A stretch of 61,703 nt of DNA, filler included, from Porpidia crustulata (taxonomy: Eukaryota), in the NCBI GenBank assembly GCA_964255105.1. It is 8 parts of 8 records of this genome, joined end to end, with 100 filler letters (N's around TTAATTAATTAA, not from the genome) between each part and the next. Parts side by side here need not be neighbours in the genome. Positions count along the whole stretch, not along the records: positions 23,210 to 30,836 come from CAXUWE010001274.1; positions 30,937 to 38,558 come from CAXUWE010001275.1; positions 38,659 to 46,277 come from CAXUWE010001276.1; 5 more parts are not named here. The stretch is one strand, 5' to 3'. The notes under the pieces were generated by a model. It was not told the origin of the DNA. It saw only the letters and a program-made list of their open reading frames with translations, and did no database searches. Both the position numbers and the translations under genes were made by a program. Every line of letters begins with the position of its first letter. Position 1 is the stretch's first letter. This document shows, one piece after another, positions 27,257-39,725 of this stretch.

Positions 27257-28027
27257 CGGCAGATTCGCGGAACAGGAGTAGAAATAGACAAAAATGAGAG
27301 GAAGGAGTAAATACTGGTGTGAGAGGATGAAGTGCCGTAAAAAGGTTCAAGAATAGGGAACTTCTATCATGTGACCAGACTATAGAAGAAAATAGACTCA
27401 GGCCATTCTTCTTCTATCACGTGACCAAACCCGAATACCAGGCTCAAATAGCAGATGGCGAGGCATCACAGGTGCTGCCTCAGGCTCCCCAAGAAGAATT
27501 CTCCTGGGAGACATCACCCAGGAGAGCTTTAATTACAGGTAGCGAGGCAACAGCTATCTCCAAGCATTATTGGTCTCGAGACTTCCATATGAGTCTATGA
27601 TTTACGAGTAATTGGGTCCGAGCGATAAGATAGGACCGAAGTTCCAGATGTGTTAAACTTCATAATTTTGTACTTCCTATTTATATACAGTATTTGGACT
27701 TAAACGTTTCGGATTTATATACCTTTTAACCTTGGATGCCTTCAAGGTTTAGATACCCTTCGATTTTATATACCTTTTGAGCCTGCATACCAAAGTAGAC
27801 CTTGGATTACAACGCGAAGGGAAGTACGATGCTAGGTCAGGATTATCTTTGTCGAGAGCAGTAAGAAGTCACGAGGGCGAAGCTGCGAGACACATGATCA
27901 GCAGCAGAGGGTCATAGAACTCAGCCGACGGTCGGTGCCGGAATGAATCTGTCGGATGGAAAGGGCGATGAACACGTATAGTAAAGAGCCAGAGACGGCA
28001 AACCCGTAGGTGCAAGCCGGGTGACGG

Positions 28028-30271
28028 TCAAGTAGGGGTCTTATGCACCAGGTCTGCGTGGTTCTGCGAATGCACAGTGCTTCCCAAATCGACGTGGCAC
28101 CTCGGATGAGGGCACGCAATCCGCTGACCGGCCGGGTGATGGCGAAGGTGTTTGCGATGAAAGTGCTTTTTCAGGTCGCCGCGGCTGTGGAAGGACTTCA
28201 GGCGGGTCTCGGTGGGCAATGCTTCACAACCGAGACAAAAGATGCATTGAGTGGCTTCGCATTCGATAGGGATGGAGTCGGAAAGACTCGGCAGATGGAG
28301 GACCGCTGGCCGTGTCAGATCCCGTTCAGGCTGGGAATCCGAAGCGGAAGGTTTCAGGCGCCGTGTACGCTTGCCTTCCTGCAAGCGGCAGAGTGCTGTT
28401 AAAGCATTGATCGCTTCCACCCGCCGTCTGCACTCTTCTTCGGGAGACGAAGTCGCAAAAGTGAAGATCGCGTCAATGACCCGGACACGCTCAACGAAGA
28501 CGTAATCCTCTGCCTTCGCCTTTTCCAGTTCTGCCGACGGCAGTCCTTTCAGTTGTCGCTGGATGTCGATCACCGGCTGCTCCCTTTTATACCTCGCTTT
28601 GACCTCTTGTAAGAGAGCCTCCTCACGCCGCCGTTTCATGTTGCGATGGGCGTGGTACGTATTTTGGTACTCGTCGTACACCGGCGTCCCCTTCATGCTC
28701 ACGACGGATCCGTGTTTCTCTCTGATGAACTTTGAAAGCGTCTTCTGCCTCCGGCGAAGGAGCCTCACCTCCGGGTGGCGATCGACTTCTGCTCGTTGGG
28801 CAGCATCGAGCTTGCGAGGCCGTCGTCGATCGATGGTGCGACTCATCCCACTGGCCAGTCGCATCAACGCGGTTTGCGGCTCCAGGCCACGGTAGGCGGC
28901 TCCCGTATCACCTGTAATATACCTCGAGAGATAGCTTTTTAAGAACACAGTGGAGTTGTGATGTTGCAAAATCAGATTCCGTTGCGATTCGCTGATGAAG
29001 CCTGTGCACGATTCAGCGAAAATATCGCAGGGAGGTCAAGGGTGACTACTCACTGCTGTTGTCGAGGGCTTCGCCACTGCCGCGCCGAAAGGTATGTGGA
29101 CCGGTGGGAAGCTCCATGCCGGTGACACTCCCAAGAGTGACCATCCGCGAGCGGAGAGTACTGTCGGGCAGAGCTTCGTCGTCGGAAATTTGAACCCCGT
29201 TCACGGTTGGTTTGGATCGGCGGAAGAGGGGAACACGTTGCATGGTTTCCTTAAGAGGCACTGGCAACTGTTTCTGTCCAGAGGGGATCCGAAGGCGGAA
29301 CAACTGTTCGGGAGAAGTTAACTCGGGCGCGGCGAAGGCCTGATCGGTAAAGATCAGAGTAAGCAAGTTCACGTGAGGACAAAGCAGCAAGCAAGGTTCG
29401 TTAGGTACGTCAGGAATCCCGAACTCATTCCCAAAATAATTGTGAGCCGCCCAGCCAAACGGTCCGTCCCCACGAAGGGGGCGCAAAAGGGGACACGGAC
29501 GTCTCTTTCTCGCCCAGGTAGCCCTTGGTATTTTTGAATGCGATTTCAATCAGCCTTCGAGGAAGTTCCCCTCCCTTCGGATCGGGAAGCAAGGTGATTT
29601 TGATGTCTTCGTAGCGAACACCCAAAAGAGCAGCAGGCCGGTTGCCCGTGATCCCTGCCAACTGCATGATCAACGCCAGCTGTACACGGTGCCGCTCGTG
29701 ATCAAAGGCGATCTCCAACGGAGAGGAACAATGTCTTCAAGAGCTCGAACTCGTCCTCGGCCCGCATGATGGGCTTCTTCTTCTCCTCCGTTCTTAATCC
29801 ATGCTTCAGAGCCAGCCGTTGTCTCACCTGATACCCGTTAGCCGAGAAGAAATGGCGTTGAGCCACGTACCCCGTGCATCTGGCTCTTGATGAGCGGGTC
29901 GATCTCGAGACAGCCCGTCTCTTTCTTTCGCACCAGGCAAAACACATTCCAGTATGTTTGCAGGGTACTGGCCGCGCCCAGCCGATCCTTGCGAACGGAG
30001 AGTAGCCAGTCAAAGAAGACGAAGAGAACGTTGATGGAAATGCCCTTCAGAGCCATGACAGGCTCCTTCCCAGTGAATTCGCAATATCTGCCGAACTTGA
30101 TCAGACTTCGCCCATCCTCTGATCGACAGCACGAACATCTCCTTACCGATACCAAAGGTTCTTGATCCAGCTCTGCAGATCCTCGCTGCTATCTTTGTAG
30201 ACTCGTTGGGTGAGTGTCAAAACGTCCAACTCGACTTCCATTTGCTTGTAGTATTCTGCCGAGAGTTCCAT
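28028..30271 (-). mobile_element. Starship captain: DUF3435 tyrosine recombinase with C-terminal Cys/His zinc-finger region, apparently disrupted
   Basis: Exons approx. 30271-30147, 30087-29871, 29827-29501, 29430-29053 and 29002-28028 give AEYYKQME...LWYRYC, LQTYWNVFCLV, HRVQLALIMQLAGITGNRPAALL, TKGYLG, LLCPHVNLL, HTFRRGSGEALD, QRNLILQH, YLSRYI, GMSRTIDRRRPRKL, QCIFCLG and CPHPRC. Candidate R-K-HxxR-H-Y catalytic residues are present. Frameshift near 29720. Confidence 0.92.
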
Positions 30272-30836
30272 CGTGTTTGACGCCGCTTTGCCGTGTATTG
30301 GAGGAGAGATAGGGTCAACGAGCGTGGGCGACGGGCGATTGTCATGAAGGTCGAACGGCGAAGATGGAGGTCGGAGTGTACGAGGATTTGATAGGAGAAG
30401 AGGATAGGTGGAGGGATACGAAGAGAAAGGTCGTCAAAGATGATAGGGACGGTGGAGTGAGGTGGCAGAGCAGAGCAGCCATTTCTGGAGGTCGGGGGAG
30501 ACGATGATATAAAAACATGGCGCCGGACGATGACCATAAGAGCCAGCTGAGCGATAATGAATTGAGGACCACCAGGACGAAGGCATGAAACGGCAGGCGA
30601 GGTGGGGTGGTGAGCGCTAGAGCGACAGGGAACCGTTTAAAGCGGCGCGGGAAACCTGGCAAAGAAGCTGTCAAAAGCAGCGTCCGAACCGGCCGAAGAC
30701 GGCTACCGTTCCGCCGTCCCCTCGTTTAATTTTATAATTTATAACTAAATAAAAATTACTTCAGAATTTTTCTTAATGTAAAATATGTTACGGCCATACC
30801 CACCATATCTAGTAGTATTGGACCAAGTCTTCCAAC

Positions 30837-30936
30837 NNNNNNNNNNNNNNNNNNNNNNNNNNNNNNNNNNNNNNNNNNNNTTAATTAATTAANNNNNNNN
30901 NNNNNNNNNNNNNNNNNNNNNNNNNNNNNNNNNNNN
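30837..30936. other. Artificial contig spacer
   Basis: N44-TTAATTAATTAA-N44. Confidence 0.99.
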
Positions 30937-32278
30937 AGCGTAAGCACCCCGAACACCTAGTCGTAGGACCTAGATGCTCTGTTTTCAACAAAAATATTTA
31001 TTAAATATTAACGATAATCATAAAATCGAGTTAATCGTTAATTTGTATGCGTTTTTACAGTGATAGCAAACAATATATCGTTGTAGCTTGATTATCCTTA
31101 TAGAAAGAATTGTTATATCGAGGTTTTACTATACTACTATTCCTAGCTTAGAGAAGATTCGGGCGTGCGCTAAATGTAAAATCGTAAACAGCAAATTCAC
31201 CAACGGGAAACGTTCACGAGAGTTGAAATAGGAATCTGGAACAAAATATGAACCTCAAATGTGTCTTAAGTTTGTCTGGTCTGAATATTACCCAGATAGG
31301 CTAAGATGTTGGCAGGACCTCATCACCTCGTGTCAATCACAGCATAGCAATCTTGCCAAGATGATCCTCTTACCAGCGATCAAATTGGACCGCGACTTGC
31401 TCTGACATCGTCAAGCTGATAACAACGACACCTGTGACTCACGGAGCTATTTCAACATTCCAGTGACTTCGTTTCTTACATTGAATGAATCCACATCGCT
31501 GGTTGAACCGATTTTGCGTGAATCAAGGCCTTGCGCACTGCACGAGGGAGCCGATACCATGGCGATTAAAAACCTAAACGGAGGTTTGCGAGATCGCAAG
31601 AGCACGGGTCGAGAACATAACATGTAGGAAGTAGTGTCCTTTTCCATGTACGTTAGTGTGGTGCTCGGACCAAAGTAAGGTACTCTCTACTTCCGTGATA
31701 TGTAGTCCTATAAACTCGGAAGAAAGGGCGATGCGTTAACGAGACATTGGCGAGTGGCACTGTGTGAGTGGCAGGTAACAAAAAAACCCATACCGCAAAT
31801 GTCGACTCCTCGTCCACATTATCAAATTCACTACTGCATTTTGGGAGACATTTATGAAACATCGTTTCTGTAGTGGATGATGCCCATGCGCTCACAATAT
31901 TTCATGGCGCTCTCAGACTTTAGCTTTCGTAGGTGCATCACGGTCTTGATCAGAGCTTCATCCCATGTTATTGAATTGTCATCTCCAAAAATGCAGTAGT
32001 GAACATGGTGTGTGGGCGGCGGGGGATCGGCATCACAGCATTGCCTATCGATATGTAGGAAATACGTGGGTCCCGATATCGGTAAGGCGGTCCTACTGTC
32101 CAACATTATACGTTCGGTGCCAACGAGCCTTGAAGATCGTATGCTACGAGCCTCAATCTATCACCAATTGGCTTTCAGCCGCAAGCATTGCCACGTCCTT
32201 TCATCTCCTGCCTCCACGGTCCTCGACTCTTTATTGAGACCAGCCTACCTCTTTCAGAAACGAGCAACGGCTACAGCT

Positions 32279-33410
32279 ATGGCAAAGCGCCTTGAGGGTA
32301 AAACAATAGTCGTGACTGGGGCATCATCTGGGATCGGGAAAAGCATAGGTTCCTGGCACCGCTATCTTTGTCTGTCATTGCGCGCCGGTCTAATAACATG
32401 AAGCGATGGAATTTGCACGAACGTCTCCGAAAAGCCTCAAATTGATCTTGACCGCCCGCAGATTCGATAGCTTAAAAAAAGTGGCAGAAGATATCAAGAA
32501 AGAGGTAGGTGAGGGCGTCCAGGTGCTACCAGTCAAGCTCGACGTCAGCAAGCCGGATGAAATTCGGGGCTTCGTAGACTCGCTGCCAGCAGAATTCAAG
32601 GATATCAATGTACTCGTAAATAATGCGTGAGCATGGTTCAAGCTTCCTCTCTATTATATAATGATATGCCTACGGCTAATATATATTTTCATAGTGGCCT
32701 CGTGAAAGGAGTAGCTAAAGCGCCAGATATTGATCCACAGGACATGGAAGTTATGTTTTCTACGAATGTAACGGGCCTGATCAATATGACCCAAGCAATA
32801 CTGCCCATCTTTAAGAAACAAGCGGATGGAGGCCAAGGCGATATCATTAATATTGGCAGTATCGCAGGAAGAGAGGGATATCCCGGGGGATCAATATATT
32901 GTGCTTCGAAAGCCGCCGTACGGACCTTCACAGATGCTCTACGAAGAGAATTGATAGCTACGAGAATACGAATTATGGAGGTTGACCCAGGCCAGGTTGA
33001 AACAGTACGTGAATTTTGAACTATTTGGCAAATCGCTGATCAGGGTTATAGGAATTCTCCGTGGTACGGTTCTATGGTGATAAAGCAAAGGCAGATGCGG
33101 CTTACGCGTACGTATTGGATCCGCCTTTTAATTTCGAAGCTCACGGAATTTGTAGCGGCTGCGAGCCTTTGACGCCTGATGATATTGCGGAAGTCGTAGT
33201 CTTCGCTGCTGGCAGGCGGGAGAATGTCGTGATAGCAGACACTTTAATATTCCCAAATCACCAGGTAAGTTCCCAATCCTACAATTATCCACGAACGGGA
33301 CTCTTTCGAGAAAGAGTAAGCCGGATGGTGCATCTTCTTCTCCATTGTCTGGCTCCAGTCACTGACCGCATTGCTAGGCTGCGGCAACTGTTATGCATAG
33401 GAAATCGTGA
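32279..33410 (+). CDS. Short-chain dehydrogenase, NADP-dependent 3-hydroxy acid dehydrogenase type (YMR226C/YdfG-like)
   Basis: TGASSGIG, LILTARR, NNAG, IGSIAG, YCASK catalytic motif, VDPGQVETEFS and PLTPDDIAE. An in-frame upstream ATG lies at 32141. Confidence 0.92.
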
Positions 33411-33728
33411 ATATGATGGAAGTGACTAATTGGTGCACTAGGCTGGGGCTGGTGGTGCCATGTATAGAAAACCCTCGAAGATGTAAGAGCCAAATCAATG
33501 CAACAGCATCCAAGGATTCAGTAGGGTAATGTGTGTCGTTCTTATCACCCAGACAAATCGTGAAGTTCTATAATCCTGTGTGACGGAAGTAGGTGCTCAG
33601 TATGCAAGACTGCCAAAATCCAATGTGCATCTGCAAGGATTACTATGTCACCCTTCGTGGTGTCACGTAAGGAAATGTATGGTAGATCGATTTTCTCAAA
33701 AAAAAAGTCTCCATCTGCACCGTATCCA

Positions 33729-34342
33729 TCACTCGCCCCCAAGCTTCTCCTGAATAGACTCTAAATCCTCGGCCTCCGATATCTCGAGGACCCTCCCAGC
33801 CTCGGCAGTATTCCTCATCAGTTCCTTGGCCCCCGCATACAGCATTCGTAGTTCTGCGTTGCAAGTCACAGGTAGATGATAAAGCAGCACATATGGTACC
33901 GATACGCGTCCATCCGACTACGGCAGTGTCAGTGTTTCCTTCGAGGAGCCAATGGGACATGGTCGCACTAAAGTCAATGGATAGCTCAGCAATATATAGC
34001 GCGGCGAATGGGGGGGCAATTCGTCTCCTAGTTCTTGCATGTTCGTGTAGGTCTCATCGTCGGCCTGGGCAATCTCCAAGGTGTGTTTATCAATCTGGTC
34101 TTGTGTCGGAGCGTATCAGCGGTGCAGCCCAGTTTTTATCCGGTCAATGAGGCATGCGTACGGTGTCAGAGCTAGTAAAACATACATATCACCGCCTGTG
34201 GGTCTTTGGCCCGCGAAGTCCCTAGACGGAACTTCCGCAGCTTCTCTTTTGTCTCTGGCGAGAACGTGTATAGTCTGGACTCGGAAGACTGCGAAACTGT
34301 GTAAGTACATACGCTGCTGCTGAACGTCACTGTGGTCACCAT
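33729..34342 (-). CDS. AIM7: Glia maturation factor (ADF-H family)
   Basis: M|SSESRLYTFSPETKEKLRKFRLGTSRAKDPQAVI...ELPPHSPRYILLSYPLT...CNAELRMLYAGAKELMRNTAEAGRVLEI. Start exon inferred. Confidence 0.88.
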
Positions 34343-34558
34343 GATCCAGTAACTCCACTCAGGGTCGATACCCAAATGACGATGGTCAATCCGACGTGGT
34401 AAGATGATACACAAATAATAGCTGCCTTCGCAGCTTCTCAGATTCGCGGATTTATGATTGATAAAGTCCGGGTTTAGTATTCTAACCCTGGCAAGACTTC
34501 AAGCTTCTGCATCACACTCCATAGGCAAAGTATATACATCTACCTTCCTACGTACCCA

Positions 34559-35709
34559 ATGTTCGCTCGACTGAGCCAATTAAGTCGACATCTTTCCAAA
34601 CCTCTTCCAAATTACCTACACAACTCCGCTGTGGCCTCTCGAGCAGCTTTGGGAAGCGGCATCATGACATCATCCGCAAATGAGCGAAATAAACGCATGA
34701 TACACAGCGCAGGGTGTGTAATTATTGGCGATGAAGTGCTTGGCGGCAAAGTGAGCATGATGAATTTGTGAAGGTGATTCTTCTAACGTTTCTACCTTAG
34801 ACGCTTGATACAAATTCCGCTTTCTTCGCAAAATATTGTTTTTCACTTGGAATAAATCTCAAGCGGGTAGAAGTAATCGGCGATGTTGAGAGCGAGATAG
34901 TAGAAACAGTGAGACGGATGAGCGAGGCTTACGACTTTGTGGTCACAAGGTAAATCGGCGTGAGGAAATTGGTCGTTCTTAGAAGGTGGCTTACGTTACA
35001 TTTAGTGGAGGAATAGGTCCGACGTTAGTATGCGGAAGATGTCCACACAAGACACTACCAGGTCACTGATAGTACTTTCAGACATGACGATATTACCTAC
35101 GAATCAATAGCAAATGCATTTGGATTGCAACTCAAACTTCACGACGATGCCCTAGAACGCATGAAGCGCTTATCTAAGCCCCATCCTAGCCAGCCAAACT
35201 TTTCCTACGACGTACCATCACCGGCACTTGAGGCCAAGCTACGTATGATACGACTACCCACGGACGAGTCGAGAGATATCAAGGATCAAGTTCTCTTTGT
35301 GGATGAAAGTCTTTGGGTACCCATAAGCGTTGTGAATGGTAACATTCACATACTCCCTGGCATACCCAGATTATTCACACAACTTCTCGATGGGTTGAAG
35401 CCGCGATTGGTCCCGCGCTTGACAGATCCGGAGGGTAAGGGCATTTACAGGCTGCTGTTCTCTACACCGATGGCGGAGAGCGAGGTGGCAGGGTACTTGA
35501 CCCAGTTGGCAGCCAAGGCAGAACCTCGAGGGATCAAGGTCGGAAGCTATCCACGATGGGGGAGAAAGCGAAATTCCGTGACTCTCGTCGGAAAAGACAA
35601 GGAATATATGGACAGCCTGATACCGGAGATCGAGAAGGGTGTCAATGGGGTCCGGGTTGACAAAGAAGAGGATGCGGACGAAAGCGCCGATGAAGACCAC
35701 GGCAGTTGA
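34559..35709 (+). CDS. Molybdopterin-binding (MoCF_biosynth/CinA-like) domain protein, FAD diphosphatase-like
   Basis: IIGDEVLGGK|TLDTNS, DFVVTS|GGIGPT|HDDITY, ILPGIPRLF and VGSYPRWG, with a mitochondrial-type N-terminus. Confidence 0.88.
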
Positions 35710-37002
35710 AATATGTATATATATCGAGTGATCATGATAATCAGTTCTAGGTGGTATGATCAGGCATCTGATCGAGCCCTACCAACATAAACGCCAAGGG
35801 ACCAGTATTTTCCCATGGCCCAATCCACGGCCATGATATAGACATGTGAGATATATGGGACTTGATCGACTGAAGCGTGTACGATAGTTTAGCGGCAGAT
35901 TGGTGGTGGTAAGATGGTAAACTGCTGGGATTTCCCACCTGAGGGAATTAAGGTGCTAGGAAAAGCCCCCGGCGCGGCACATGGCAAATGCATGGACGCA
36001 TGGCTGACATTTCCCCCAGATTTATTAAAGTATATTATTTTCTACTCTAAATATTTCATTCATTGGGTGTCTGAGCGCGCACTTGCATTTTCCGGATTCT
36101 CCTAGTCGCCTGGAGCAATTTACATCCGTACCTTGAAGGTCGAACGGTCCAAGGAATTCCAGAAGCACTTTGGCACTCTGTCCGTCCTTCACTACTGTCT
36201 AGTTTCTCGGGATGTGGGCCGCTTCAGGGTTGACCCCTAGGTGCCCTAGGTATGTACCTCCTACCCAACTTACCACCTGCTGAGCTACACTGATATCCCT
36301 TGCCCCTCTATCAACGACGTTCATCAGCATTCTTTGATCATCATTACGAGGTACATCTCATCGTGATCAAGTGAAATCTACCAGCTGAATAGACACTGCC
36401 GTAATCCTACCGAAGTTGTCAGCTTAAGAATTTACTCCAATAAGCAGATTTTGTTAGCATCGGGCCAAAGTGTGGTGCGGGTCAAACGCTAACAGTAGCA
36501 CCTTCCCCCCCCCAGTCTCGCCAGTCTTTACGCCCCTGCCTACCTTATCACCCTATCACATCTCTGCAGAGCCTTTCACCAAACGGGAACCCAAAGGCAT
36601 TGGCAAGCAACCCATCACTCTGCACTCCGGCTTACAACCCCCCTCCGTCCCAAAGGAGAAACTCATCCCATTTATCGTCACCTTCAACCCTTTGATCCCT
36701 AGCAACATCATCTACTCCACATCATCCATTCCATCCTGTCGCCTCTTTTCATCACATCGACCAATCGTCGCAAGTGCATCGATCCTTCAAACTACCAGCT
36801 TCTAGAACCATTTGTGCGGGTAGCTTTTGGCGACAAGCGCTTCAACACATCGCTCGTCTGTCCCAATTACCTCACTCGTGTGCTTCAAATTCTCCATCCG
36901 CAACAGCTCTGACGTCTTGGGTACGGCAATCGAAACACACGATCCACCCGCGTGTCACGCTGCCCTGTGGAGATTTAGAGCTTGGAGCTTTCCCCAGACG
37001 CC

Positions 37003-37849
37003 ATGGCCTCAAAAGTGAGCAAATTTCCCCTTTTGGCGGGGTTTACATCATGTCTTGGGAACGATGGGTGCTGACCGGCCGTTACTCAAGTTTCTCAGAG
37101 AGTACAAGCTTGTGGTGGTAGGAGGAGGAGGGGTGGGGAAATCATGTTTAACAATCCAATTAATTCAAAGCCATTTTGTAGATGAGTATGATCCTACGAT
37201 AGAAGGTACGCTCCCATGACTTACCTTACCAAACAGACCACTTACCAGACCCAGATTCGTATCGAAAGCAATGCGTTATTGATGGCGAAGTGGCCCTTCT
37301 CGACGTCCTAGATACAGCAGGTCAAGAAGAATATGCGGCGATGCGGGAACAATACATGCGAACTGGGGAAGGATTTTTGCTAGTCTACTCAATTACATCA
37401 CGGCAAAGCTTCGAAGAGATCTTGACCTTTCAGCAGCAAATACTGAGGGTCAAAGATAAAGATTATTTCCCTATCATCATAGTGGGTAACAAGAGCGATC
37501 TGAACCATGATAGACAGGTTTCGGAACAAGGTACGTCTACCCGTTGTATAGGTTGAAAATCCACCACGGTTCCCACCCCTATCTATCCTCAATGCTAACC
37601 GCCATTCTTTACACAGAAGGAAGAGATCTAGCCCGACAATTCGGCTGCTCATTCATCGAATCCTCGGCTAAGGGACGCGAAAATGTCGAGGAAGCATTCC
37701 AGGGGATCGTCCGCGAAATCCGAAAATACAACCGGGACGATTACCCGCCCGGCGCCCAATCAATGGGCAATGGCCAGCACCCTGGCAAGCTCGAGGGCCC
37801 GGCGGACGCCAGCCCAGGATGTTGCGGAGGGAGGTGCGTGATCATGTGA
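37003..37849 (+). CDS. RAS1: Ras small GTPase (RasA/Ras1)
   Basis: [46 protein letters not shown], a CC palmitoylation motif and the CAAX box CVIM. Three introns. Confidence 0.96.
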
Positions 37850-38558
37850 GCGAAAGGAGCGAAAGGAGCAAAAGAAGTGTGTGGACGACGACGGAAACGG
37901 TGGATATCGTCGGATGGAAGGGAATACCATAGAAAGTGGTTGGGATGTCCACGACACGGAAGTCGTGGAGAGAGCGCTACAGTGCTGAACTGATTATTTC
38001 GCTCGGCGGATTCACAGGAGCATGGATTCCGATTTCATCTTGTTTTTTTTTTCCCGCGATGGCTTGGGGACTCGGGGGAAAAGGTGGCATTTACTGGCTC
38101 GGCCGCAACGGTGTTTTGTTTTTGTTTCTGTCTTTTTTCTTTTTCTTTTTCCCCATTCTCGATTCGGGGGAAAATTTCCTTCCAGCTGGACTTTCGGTGC
38201 ACCCGGGGAATTTTATTTTCCTTTTTGGTTTACTGCCAGGGGAATATTTTAAGGTAGCATATTCCAACTTTTTTATTTTTTGAAAGGAAATGAAAAATAA
38301 GGAGTGGGATTTGTTGAGTGTTTTTGGTGCTGGGTTTGTGCGTTGGGGTCCAGTCGGGGCCATGGTGCTTGCGTGCGTGATGTTTGTGCACATACCTGAC
38401 GAGCACACTTCCGAACCGTCATCTTTGATTCCGGACCGTACCCCCGCCCGCTTCGAAAACGTTCCCAACACGTCGTAGACATCGCAATTCCAACAGCAAA
38501 TTCCCCTCTTTCCCAAATTCAAAATCCAAACCCCGACTTTCTGCCTCCTCCCTCACCC

Positions 38559-38658
38559 NNNNNNNNNNNNNNNNNNNNNNNNNNNNNNNNNNNNNNNNNN
38601 NNTTAATTAATTAANNNNNNNNNNNNNNNNNNNNNNNNNNNNNNNNNNNNNNNNNNNN
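38559..38658. other. Artificial contig spacer
   Basis: N44-TTAATTAATTAA-N44. Confidence 0.99.
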
Positions 38659-39725
38659 AGCCACTTCCTACTTTGTAGTTGCTATTGCCTTCTTATAAGT
38701 TTAAACGAAAACGTGTAGTCAGCCTGTTTTAAATGCTGATCGGAGGAGCTGGTTATAGCTCCTCTGACCGCCCACCATGTTATCTTCTGCTCTTGCCCTC
38801 TTTCTCTTTCGCTTTTATTCTTTCCCTTTCGCTCTTCTTCTTTCCTTTGACTTCTAAATGCCCTGCGGCCTGCAGCAACCCGTCAGTGTACCAAAAACGC
38901 CATTGTGTACGTTGTCATCTCATATCCGCTTGTTAGCACCTAACGTCGCCAGGCCGTCGCTCAGACGTGGGCCAACCGGTTACCAGTTGCAAGAGTATTT
39001 GTGACAGTGTGGGATAACACGGGATTAAAAACAAAATCGGGGCTATAACGGAAACCTGTTAAATACATATAGAAATTTAATTATTAACGAATTGAAAAGC
39101 AAATATGTTTTTTTATATAAAAATATTACGTCATAAATGTTTTATAAATAAAAAAATTACGAAGTTGTGGCGTTGTTAAACCACAACTCCTTTTGTGGCG
39201 GAGACCCAGCTACTAGCAATGGTCTAGCAGGCCTACCGCCCTAAGCCCTTACCAACCCTCTTTTGATCAAAATTATCCTCCCTGCGCTCAATAATCAACA
39301 AATATCATCAAGTATGCCTCGAAAATTTAAGTCGGGTACATGGAGGATGTTAATAGATTACTGGGTGCCGTGGACTGAACACGATAACACGCCAGCCACG
39401 ATAAGCGTAGAGGTGTTTGAGGGCAGGTAATTGTTTAAGCAGTGCATGAGGGAGGAGAAAGCAGTGGGTAAAACGACGAGTAAGGTGGTGTTGGATAGTG
39501 GGATGATTGAGGGGACGGAGACGGAGGAGAATTTTTGGGAGGGTGCAATGTTGGCTGCAGCGCATCAAACTAGCTGCGGAAGATCCCTCGGGCTGAACAA
39601 ACATCCTTGAAAATGATGCTCAGTTGCAACTATCGACGGCTCCATTGACGATTGATGGTTACCGTGAACATGCAGCTGGATCATCAAACCGCCTTGTGAC
39701 GTGGAGCTCATACTCTTAAAGGTCC

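Noticed and set aside
30789..30815. TACGGCCATACCCAC and CTAGTAGT resemble pieces of ascomycete 5S rRNA, a known target of some Starships
   Set aside because: Only ~15 nt match, the intervening 5S sequence is missing, and the orientation does not fit a simple insertion into a 5S gene.
38990..39600. AT-rich tract and possible transposon remnant upstream of the membrane-protein gene
   Set aside because: No TIR pair or transposase motif could be established.
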